DNA of 61,179 nucleotides, the filler included. It is 5 parts of 5 records of this genome, joined end to end, with 100 filler letters (N's around TTAATTAATTAA, not from the genome) between each part and the next. Parts side by side here need not be neighbours in the genome. Positions count along the whole stretch, not along the records: positions 45,775 to 54,128 come from DRR378314_21; positions 54,229 to 61,179 come from DRR378314_31; 3 more parts are not named here. One strand, given 5' to 3'. The notes beneath the pieces were generated by a model, which was not told the origin of the DNA, ran no database searches, and saw nothing but the letters and a program-made list of their open reading frames with translations. Positions 53,001 to 61,179 of this stretch are shown piece after piece; position 1 is the stretch's first letter; each line of letters starts with the position of its first letter. The translations under genes were made by a program, and so were the position numbers.

Positions 53001-53442
53001 CTGCAGCCACGAAGTTGCGACTGGGCCAGCCTCGTTGTCAGATGTACATATGTAAGTTCGTCCATGCAGTTTCATTGCCGACATACCGCGTCTGGTCAAG
53101 AATGTAGTCAACCTTTTCGCGGCGGTCCATTGCGCCGTACGTTTCCACCTACACGCGGCGGCGTCATCAGAGGAGCGACCGATACAGAGGAAGCACATTC
53201 AGGCGTGGCATCTACTCGACCTGTGCCGCCGAGCTTCCGCCCGAGATGCATGAGAATTGCACACGCGAACAATGATGTATACGAAAAATGATAGGCCGTA
53301 CCTGGGTTTCTTGAATAATTTTGGCTGCCTCCTCCAGGTTGCCGTGCTTCTCCTTGAGCATTGCGAGCATGCGCGTGAGGCGCGCGCGCTCGATTTCGAC
53401 GTGCATCTTCCCGTCGGTGACGTCTCGGAGCGTGATAATCAG
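50058..53442 (-). CDS. RPN5: 26S proteasome lid subunit RPN5/PSMD12, spliced, 5' exons not identified
   Basis: Exons 53442-53302, 53148-53087, 52830-52743, 52216-51969, 51421-51340, 50729-50454 and 50147-50058 with consistent phases. Motifs: [42 protein letters not shown] and HLIEKE. Confidence 0.92.
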
Positions 53443-54128
53443 CTACGGAAATCAGTCGCGCAGCGAACGCGACAAGCGTTCCATGCATTGGCGCAAGCAC
53501 GTTTTCGGTCATCGCATGTTTTGCGGTTACAAAATCCATTGTTCGCTCAGATGCGAAGGGCGGAGAACGTAGAGTTGTGACCAGGATGCGGTACAGCGTA
53601 CGACAAATCGCGCATGGAAGCAGTTACGCAGGCGGACAGGCGGTCCCTTGCTACCGAGGTGCTCGCAAAGACAGCAAGCAGCCAAGCAAGAAAAGAAACA
53701 CGGTCCCCTAGAGGATTGCTACATGTAGTGTGGCAAGGTTCGGAAAGGAAAAGCCACCCTTCTGCGCCAAGGTCACTGGGGGTGCTGGAGACGAGACGGC
53801 GGTGCCGGGCGCATGCCGAGGCAGCAAACAGCACGCTGCACTCAAGAGGGGTGTCTTTCTGGCTTTGTAGCATAGTCTAAGTGGTGTACACTGCGTGCGA
53901 ATCTACCATCGGATGTCCTTGTTTCGAAAATCAAAAACAAAAGCAACCGTCTTGTTCAGTGGTATGGAAAATTTCCTCGGAAATTGCTGAGCACACGGAA
54001 GAACGCCTCGGCGCTGAGTGCACAGCGACGCGAAGACATGCGTTGGCGCATGGTGCGCAGGGAAGCAAAATCATGTCTCTGCGCAGAGTGTACACCTATG
54101 CGAAGACATGCCTTGGCGCACAGTGCAC

Positions 54129-54228
54129 NNNNNNNNNNNNNNNNNNNNNNNNNNNNNNNNNNNNNNNNNNNNTTAATTAATTAANNNNNNNNNNNNNNNN
54201 NNNNNNNNNNNNNNNNNNNNNNNNNNNN
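54129..54228. other. Artificial contig spacer
   Basis: 44 N + TTAATTAATTAA + 44 N. Confidence 0.98.
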
Positions 54229-55141
54229 AGATGATGGTGGAGATTTAACAAATATGGTGTTAGATAAATATCCTGAGTTAGCTGCTGGAATCAATGGATT
54301 ATCAGAAGAAACTACTACTGGAGTTCACCGTTTATACGAAAGAGTTAAAAATGGAACTTTACCAATGCCAGCAATTAATGTAAATGATTCTGTTACTAAA
54401 TCTAAATTTGACAACAAATACGGATGTAAAGAATCTGCTGTAGATGCAATAAGAAGAGCTACAGATATTATGTTAGCAGGTAAACGTGTAACTGTTTGTG
54501 GTTATGGAGATGTTGGTAAAGGAACTGCAGCTTCATTTAAAGGTGCTGGCTCTATTGTTACCGTTACAGAAATTGATCCAATTTGTGCTTTACAAGCTGC
54601 AATGGATGGTTTTGAAGTAAAGCGTTTAGAAACTGTTGTTGGTAATTCTGATATCATTATTACTACAACTGGAAATAAAGATATTATTCAAGGACGTCAT
54701 TTCGAAGCAATGAAAGATAAAGTAATCGTATGTAATATTGGACATTTCGATAATGAAATTGATATGGCTTGGTTAAATGAAAACCACGGAAATACAAAAG
54801 ATGTTATCAAACCTCAAGTTGATAAATACAACATTAACGGGAAAGATATTATCATTTTAGCAGAAGGACGTTTAGTAAACTTAGGATGTGCAACTGGTCA
54901 CCCAAGTTTTGTTATGTCTAACTCATTTACAAATCAAACGTTAGCTCAAATTGAATTATGGACTAATGTTGAAGCTTACAATAACGAAGTGTATATGTTA
55001 CCAAAACATTTAGATGAAAAAGTAGCAAAATTACACTTAGCTAAAATTGGAGTTGAATTAACTGAGTTAAGAGAAGAACAAGCAACGTATATTGGTGTAA
55101 CTGTAGAAGGACCATATAAGCCAGAACACTATAGATACTAA
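54229..55141 (+). CDS. ahcY: S-adenosylhomocysteine hydrolase, 5'-truncated
   Basis: Frame open from the contig start (DDGGDLT...); [34 protein letters not shown] and HYRY motifs. Confidence 0.97.
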
Positions 55142-55179
55142 ACTTATTCTGAATTAAATTCAGAAACTATAATATTATA

Positions 55180-55214
55180 GAAGCCCTTACAATTTTTGTA
55201 AGGGTTTTTTATTT
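55180..55214 (+). terminator. Intrinsic terminator after ahcY
   Basis: aagcccttacaa...ttgtaagggtttttt. Confidence 0.8.
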
Positions 55215-55248
55215 TGTAATTTTATTGAACAGCTAAAATCAACTCGTT

Positions 55249-56733
55249 ATGAAGCGTTTATTCTTAACCATATTATTTTTTTCATTTTCATTTATTCAAG
55301 CGCAAAGCAATTCAGTAGTTTTTGAATTAAATGACGGCTATAAAAAATTTGACATTAAAAACTGTTTAACCAATAAAACAGAATATAGTCAAGTCCAATT
55401 GAGTATAGTAAAAGGAGAGTTATCAGACATTAAATCTTTTAAGTTGTTGATAACATTAAGTGATACTATTAAATATGCATTTAATAGTTATAATGAGTTA
55501 AGTAATACAGATCCATTAAGTTGGTTACAAGGTAATAAAGCATTCAAAAATTATAAGAAAATTAATTTTGATATAAAACTAACCTTAAAAAATGGCGTAA
55601 AAGAAGAGCAAAATTTCACTGTTTGTTTAAAAGATCAAATTAAAGAAGATAGGAAGAAAGCTCTAATTGCAAAGAAAAAAGCAGAAGAGAGTAAAAAGAC
55701 AAGATCTGTTACAAAAACAAAAAAGACATCATCAAAAAAAGATTATATAGAGATTCCGGTTTCTTTTGCAACCGATAGGAATGATACACAAAACGCTGAT
55801 TTAAACGAACGTTTTGGAACTAAAAGAGCAGAATTACAATACGGAAGAACAATAGTCAGTATCCCTTATACTCATAAATTAGGAGAAATTGAAAGACCGT
55901 CATATTGGCGTTTAGAATTTTCTGAAGATGCTTCTAAACATGTAATGATTCAATCTATTAAGAAGCAAGACAAAGAAACTTACTTTAATCAAATGGCAGA
56001 AAGAATTGCTAAAAATGGGAAAAGTACTTTTCTATTTGTACATGGTTATAATGTGTCTTTTGCAGATGCAGCAAGAAGAGCAGCACAGATTACCTTTGAT
56101 TTACGCTTCGGAGGAGAACCTGTTTTTTATAGTTGGCCTTCTCAAGGAGCAACAACTTTGTATACTGTAGATGAAGCAAATATTGAATGGGCAAAACATA
56201 ATATGAAAAACTTTTTGAAAGATTACTTAACAAGATCTAAAGCTGATGATATTTATTTGGTTGCACATAGCATGGGAAATAGAGGGTTGACAAAAGCATT
56301 AATAGAATTGATGAATGAAAACCCAGAATTAAAAGATAAAATTACCGAAGTTATTTTAGCTGCTCCAGATATTGATGCTGATGTTTTTAGGAGAGATATT
56401 GCTCCAAAAATGGTAAAAAAAATAGCGAAACCAATTACATTATATGTTTCTGCAGATGATTTAGCATTAATTGCTTCTAGAAAAGTACATGGAAACCCAA
56501 GAGCAGGAGATGCAGGAAAAGGACTTGTTATTGTTAAAGGAATAGAAACTATTGATGCTTCTGGTGTAGATACTAGCTTTTTAAGTCACTCATATTTTGC
56601 CACAACAAGTACAATTATTGCCGACATTTTAGATTTGATAAAATCAGGAAAGAGAGCTACAGACAGAGAAACATTAGAAAAAGTAAGTCAAGAAAATGTA
56701 ACCTATTGGAAAGTGAAACAGGGGAAGAATTAA
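55249..56733 (+). CDS. Secreted alpha/beta hydrolase (DUF900 family) with extra N-terminal domain
   Basis: Signal peptide; FATDR, FVHGYN, YSWPS, AHSMG, LAAPDID and HSYF motifs. Confidence 0.88.
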   Translation: MKRLFLTILFFSFSFIQAQSNSVVFELNDGYKKFDIKNCLTNKTEYSQVQLSIVKGELSDIKSFKLLITLSDTIKYAFNSYNELSNTDPLSWLQGNKAFKNYKKINFDIKLTLKNGVKEEQNFTVCLKDQIKEDRKKALIAKKKAEESKKTRSVTKTKKTSSKKDYIEIPVSFATDRNDTQNADLNERFGTKRAELQYGRTIVSIPYTHKLGEIERPSYWRLEFSEDASKHVMIQSIKKQDKETYFNQMAERIAKNGKSTFLFVHGYNVSFADAARRAAQITFDLRFGGEPVFYSWPSQGATTLYTVDEANIEWAKHNMKNFLKDYLTRSKADDIYLVAHSMGNRGLTKALIELMNENPELKDKITEVILAAPDIDADVFRRDIAPKMVKKIAKPITLYVSADDLALIASRKVHGNPRAGDAGKGLVIVKGIETIDASGVDTSFLSHSYFATTSTIIADILDLIKSGKRATDRETLEKVSQENVTYWKVKQGKN

Positions 56734-58265
56734 CCCAGCCAACCTTCTCGGTCTAAACTTCTATATTGAATTGCTTCAGCAATATGATTTGGAGCAATAT
56801 CTTTAGCATTATCTAAATCTGCAATGGTTCTAGATACTTTTAAAATTCGGTCATAAGCTCTTGCAGATAAATTTAATTTTTCCATAGCATTTTTTAGTAA
56901 AGACAAACTTTCGTTAGAAAGCTTACAGAATTTTCGAATCTGTTTTACATTCATCTGTGCATTGTAATGTGTAATTTCTAAGTCTTTAAATCGATTTGAT
57001 TGAATTTCTCTAGCTTTTGAGACACGTATTCTTATTGCTGAAGAGGTTTCTCCTTTGGTTACTTCTGTAAGTTTCTCAAAAGGAACTGGGTTTACTTCAA
57101 TATGAATATCAATTCTATCTAATAATGGACCTGAAATTTTACTTAAATACCGCTGCATTTCTTGTGGTGAAGAAGTCATAGGTGAACTAGGATCATTAAA
57201 ATAACCACTCGGGCTCGGATTCATACTTGCAACTAACATAAAACTACTAGGGTAGGTAACTGTAAATTTTGCTCTAGAGATTGTTACCTCTCTATCTTCT
57301 AAAGGTTGTCGCATCACCTCTAAAACGGTACGTTTAAATTCTGGTAATTCATCTAAAAATAATACACCATTATGAGATAATGATATCTCCCCTGGTTGTG
57401 GATATTGACCACCTCCAACTAAGGCAACATCAGAAATCGTGTGATGTGGACTTCTAAAAGGACGTTGATATAAAAGTCCATTGTTTTTGGTTTTTCCTAC
57501 AACAGAATGAATCTTTGTGGTTTCTAAAGCTTCATGTAATGTCATTGGTGGTAATATAGAAGGTAAACGTTTTGCTAACATGGTTTTTCCAGATCCTGGA
57601 GGGCCAATGAGAATAATATTATGTCCGCCAGCAGCAGCAATTTCCATACACCGTTTAATAGACTCCTGTCCTTTTACATCTGAGAAATCAAATTCTGGAA
57701 AATCAATGTTTTTATAAAACTCTGCTCTAGTATCTACTATTGTAGGAGCAATTTTTTCTTTATCATTAAAGTGATCAATTACTTCTAGAATATTTTCAAC
57801 TCCTAAAACTTCTAGATTGTCGACAATGGCTGCTTCATTCGCATTTTTTTTAGGTAAGATAAAGTATTTAAACCCTTCTTCTCTAGCTTTAATTGCAATT
57901 GGTAGGGCTCCTTTAATTGGTTGTAAACTACCATCTAAAGATAGTTCGCCCATAATAATATATTTATTAATATTTTTAAACTGAATTTGTTCTGAAGCAG
58001 CAAGAATACCAATAGCAAGAGTTAAATCATAAGCTGCGCCTTCTTTTCTAATATCTGCAGGTGCCATATTTATGATTATTTTTTTTCCTGGAAGTTTATA
58101 ATTATTGTTGTTTAGGGCTGCAGAAATTCTAAATGAACTTTCTCTCACGGCGTTATCTGGTAATCCTACTAAATGATAACCAATACCTTTGTCAATATTT
58201 ACTTCAACGGTAATTGTAGTAGCTTCAATGCCAAAGACGGCGCTACCATAAACTTTAACTAGCAT
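56730..58265 (-). CDS. comM: YifB/ComM family Mg-chelatase-like AAA ATPase
   Basis: VGLPDNAVRES, GPPGSGKTM, FRSPHHT, LFLDELPEF and SGPLLDRID motifs. Confidence 0.93.
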   Translation of the reverse strand: MLVKVYGSAVFGIEATTITVEVNIDKGIGYHLVGLPDNAVRESSFRISAALNNNNYKLPGKKIIINMAPADIRKEGAAYDLTLAIGILAASEQIQFKNINKYIIMGELSLDGSLQPIKGALPIAIKAREEGFKYFILPKKNANEAAIVDNLEVLGVENILEVIDHFNDKEKIAPTIVDTRAEFYKNIDFPEFDFSDVKGQESIKRCMEIAAAGGHNIILIGPPGSGKTMLAKRLPSILPPMTLHEALETTKIHSVVGKTKNNGLLYQRPFRSPHHTISDVALVGGGQYPQPGEISLSHNGVLFLDELPEFKRTVLEVMRQPLEDREVTISRAKFTVTYPSSFMLVASMNPSPSGYFNDPSSPMTSSPQEMQRYLSKISGPLLDRIDIHIEVNPVPFEKLTEVTKGETSSAIRIRVSKAREIQSNRFKDLEITHYNAQMNVKQIRKFCKLSNESLSLLKNAMEKLNLSARAYDRILKVSRTIADLDNAKDIAPNHIAEAIQYRSLDREGWLG

Positions 58266-58441
58266 TTTTTTCTTTTAAAGATAACAAATTAATTTAAGTG
58301 CTATTTTAACATTAAAGGCCGTCAAGTGTTAAAGAAATGCTAAAATGAATATTTTTCAATATTTTCAATTAAACCTTTGTTTCTTCGCTGCGTCTTAGCA
58401 CAAGCTATTTTAGATAGCTGGTAATCAAACAAACAAAACTA

Positions 58442-61179
58442 ATGATCAAAACAAATTTCTCTAAACTAATAGTTGTTGCTATGCTATTGGTTTCTTCCAT
58501 TTCAATTTCTCAAAACATTACTGGAAAAGTTTTAGATGAAGAAAAAAACCCTTTAGAATTTGCTTCAGTAGCAGTTTTAAATGCTAAAGATTCTACTTTA
58601 GTAAGTTATACAAGTACAGATATTAAAGGAGCATTTAAGGTTGTGGATATCTCAAATGGAAAAAGAATTTTTCAAATAAACTTAATTGGGTATAAGGTGT
58701 ATCAAAAAGTGATTGAGTTTAATGGGAAATCGATAAAATTTGGAACTATAACTTTAAAGGAACAAGGAAATGTTTTAGATGAGGTTAACATTACTGCAGT
58801 TATTCCCATTACAATTAAAAAAGATACGATGGCTTTTAATACAAAAGCTTTTAAAGTTAGAGTTGATGATAATGTAGAAGATTTATTGAAAAAACTACCT
58901 GGTGTAGAAGTTGATGAAAACGGAAAAGTTAAGGCGCAAGGAGAAGATGTATCTAAGGTTTATGTAGATGGTAAAGAATTTTTTAGTGGAGATCCAGCAG
59001 TAGCCATGAAAAATTTATCTGCAGATGCGATTAAAAAAGTAGAGGTTATTGATGAGAAAAGTGATAAAGCTAGAGTTAGTGGTGTCAATGATTCTGATAG
59101 AGCAAAAGTTATTAATTTAACATTAAAAGATGATAGAAAAGTAAACGACTTTGGTAAGTTTCAAGGTGGTTATGGGTCCGATAATAGATATTTAACCAGC
59201 GCTAGTTATAATCGTTTTTCACCAAAAATACAGGCTTCTATTATTGGTAAGTATAATAATGTAAATACAACAGGGTCTGATATTTCTGAAATAATGTCTT
59301 TTGGAAATAGTGGCGGTTCTTTTAGGATTTCTCGTGGAGGAGGAGGAGGAAACTCATCTGGGTTTATAACAACTGGAATTGGTGGATTTAATTTAGGATA
59401 TGAATTAAAGAAAAAACAAAACTTAAATACAGATTATTTTTATAACTATAACAATACAGAATCTGGAGAGGTTTTTACAAAGAGAACAGAATTTATTGGA
59501 TCTGATAAATTATACTCAGAAAGTAAGAGTAATAGTAATAGTACAACTAGATCACATAGAGCAAATTTTAATTATATAGATAGGTCTAATAAATTAAAAA
59601 CGATTGCTTTAAGAGGTAGGTTAAGATCAAGTAACACAAACGGAAACAGTACAAGTAAATTTGAAGCATTTGATACTAACAATGTAAAAGATATTGAAAA
59701 TATAACTACATCTAATAGTGACAATAAAAGCAGTAGTGCAAGTTTAAGTCTTGATTATAATAAACGTTTTAATGAAAAATCTAAACGTAGTATTGAAATA
59801 GAATTAGATGTTGATTTCTCAAAAAGTGATAGCAAAAGCGGAAATAATGCTACAAAAACATTTACAGATCCATTAAAAACGGATGAGGTAACAACAAGTG
59901 CTCAATCACAAAATAATAAAGACAACGAAATAGATTTCGAAATTCAATATACAGAACCAATAAATGATAAGAATTTTATTGAGGTTGGTGCTGGTGTAAC
60001 GGTTGCTAATAAAGATGAATTTACAGATCAATCTCAAACATTAAATGGAACAAATAATTCGGGTTCTACTTTTATGGCTGATTTGTTTGAAGACAGAAAA
60101 ACAACCTATGGTTCTATAGATTACCGATTTAACAACCAGAAAACATCGTTAACTTTAGGTACACAATTTCAAGAACAAACGCAAGATTTTGGTTTGGTAA
60201 ATGTATCTGAATTCAATAAAAAGTATTCAAGTGTAAACCCTTCTTTTAGATTTAGATATCGCCCTAAAAAAGGAAGTTGGGTATTTTTTAGATATAGAAA
60301 AACACTAGATTTACCAAGTTTAAATAGAGTATCACCCGTTGTAAATAACTTTAACCCTTTATTTATTAGAACAGGAAACCAATCATTGACACCAGAAAAA
60401 AGACATTCATTCTTTGGAATGTTTGGAAATTATAATTTTGTAACTGGATTTAGTTTCTTTGCACATTTAAGTTATAATAGCACAAACAATGCAATTGTAA
60501 ATAAAGAAAATACAGATATTGCAACAAGAGTAAGAACCAGTACATATATTAATTTAGGAAATAGAGATAACTTTAGTGGAGACCTTAGTTTTGGTAATCG
60601 TCTTAAAAAATTAGGGATTCGTTATAACTTAGGTTTAAACTATTCTACGAGTAATTATCAATCTGTAATTAATGATGTAAGCAATAAAACAAATTCTAAA
60701 AACACAAGAATTAGAGTGTTTTTAGAAAACAATAAGAAAGATAATTTAGATTTAGCGGTTGGTGCTAACTTTAATAAAAACATTACTTCTTTCTCTGGTG
60801 CTTCAGAAGATAGAGATTTCTTTCAGCAATCTTATTTTGTAAAGTCAGATTGGAATATTACCAAATCATTTAATATTACTTCTCAGTTTAAATACGATAT
60901 CTATACAGATAGTAACTTTGGAACTGATCAAGCTGTGCCAATTTGGAATGCCTCTGTTTCATACGCTTTCTTAAAATCTAAAGCAATGAACATAAAGTTA
61001 ACAGCCTTAGATATGTTAAATAAAAACATTGGATTTGCTAGAAGTAGTTCTGATAACTATTTTCAAGAAACTACTAGAGATGTTTTAGGAACTTATTATA
61101 TGTTAAGTTTGACTTATACACTTAATGGAAATAAAGGGCCAAAATCTAATAATAAAAGAAGAGGTAGAAGAATGAGACA
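58442..61179 (+). CDS. Bacteroidota outer-membrane beta-barrel protein with N-terminal carboxypeptidase-regulatory-like domain (stop outside window)
   Basis: Missing from the ORF track because no stop lies in the window. MIKTNFSK signal peptide, ITGKVLDE..PLEFASV, EDLLKKLPGVEVD, VDGKEFF, and YYMLSLTY near the end. Confidence 0.88.
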   Translation, partial: MIKTNFSKLIVVAMLLVSSISISQNITGKVLDEEKNPLEFASVAVLNAKDSTLVSYTSTDIKGAFKVVDISNGKRIFQINLIGYKVYQKVIEFNGKSIKFGTITLKEQGNVLDEVNITAVIPITIKKDTMAFNTKAFKVRVDDNVEDLLKKLPGVEVDENGKVKAQGEDVSKVYVDGKEFFSGDPAVAMKNLSADAIKKVEVIDEKSDKARVSGVNDSDRAKVINLTLKDDRKVNDFGKFQGGYGSDNRYLTSASYNRFSPKIQASIIGKYNNVNTTGSDISEIMSFGNSGGSFRISRGGGGGNSSGFITTGIGGFNLGYELKKKQNLNTDYFYNYNNTESGEVFTKRTEFIGSDKLYSESKSNSNSTTRSHRANFNYIDRSNKLKTIALRGRLRSSNTNGNSTSKFEAFDTNNVKDIENITTSNSDNKSSSASLSLDYNKRFNEKSKRSIEIELDVDFSKSDSKSGNNATKTFTDPLKTDEVTTSAQSQNNKDNEIDFEIQYTEPINDKNFIEVGAGVTVANKDEFTDQSQTLNGTNNSGSTFMADLFEDRKTTYGSIDYRFNNQKTSLTLGTQFQEQTQDFGLVNVSEFNKKYSSVNPSFRFRYRPKKGSWVFFRYRKTLDLPSLNRVSPVVNNFNPLFIRTGNQSLTPEKRHSFFGMFGNYNFVTGFSFFAHLSYNSTNNAIVNKENTDIATRVRTSTYINLGNRDNFSGDLSFGNRLKKLGIRYNLGLNYSTSNYQSVINDVSNKTNSKNTRIRVFLENNKKDNLDLAVGANFNKNITSFSGASEDRDFFQQSYFVKSDWNITKSFNITSQFKYDIYTDSNFGTDQAVPIWNASVSYAFLKSKAMNIKLTALDMLNKNIGFARSSSDNYFQETTRDVLGTYYMLSLTYTLNGNKGPKSNNKRRGRRMR

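Noticed and set aside
45797..54128. Many short overlapping ORFs in the second eukaryotic contig
   Set aside because: Explained by introns and antisense frames of the kinesin-like and RPN5 genes.
56730..58265. comM as an interrupted integration hotspot
   Set aside because: The reading frame is intact (511 aa) with no inserted element.

Overview
This window is not one contiguous locus. It is five contigs joined by identical 100-bp artificial spacers (44 N + TTAATTAATTAA + 44 N) at 10856-10955, 19448-19547, 45675-45774 and 54129-54228, from at least three organisms. Contigs 1 (1-10855) and 3 (19548-45674) look like a Halomonadaceae-type gammaproteobacterium. They carry tusBCD-yccA, cydAB, an lldD-like gene, an orphan XRE antitoxin behind an internally deleted hipA-like remnant, dnaJ-dnaK-grpE-recN-fur-bamE-ratBA-smpB-ssrA, a His-rich outer-membrane protein with a Zur-like box, NhaC plus a D-amino-acid oxidoreductase, sbtA, ggt, a CbbR/CmpR-like LysR, a BacA/PDT-like protein, a TAXI-TRAP transporter, nhaD and an EAL fragment. 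Contigs 2 (10956-19447) and 4 (45775-54128) are from an intron-rich eukaryote, probably a flagellated protist, and most ORF-track entries there are spurious. Manual splicing gives DNAAF3 (partial), a 105-aa three-exon unknown protein, a complete seven-exon plant-type calcineurin B-like (CBL) calcium sensor, a secreted Cys-pair repeat protein, a KIF28-like kinesin tail and RPN5/PSMD12 (partial). Contig 5 (54229-61179) is AT-rich and Flavobacteriaceae-like (ahcY, DUF900 hydrolase, comM/yifB, outer-membrane beta-barrel protein). I found no CRISPR array, rRNA, tRNA or intact mobile element, and I cannot demonstrate a new multi-gene system. The best leads are the protist CBL, the His-rich protein next to tmRNA, the sbtA/LysR module split by ggt, the hipA deletion scar and the secreted repeat protein. 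Family assignments come from recalled motifs, not database searches.
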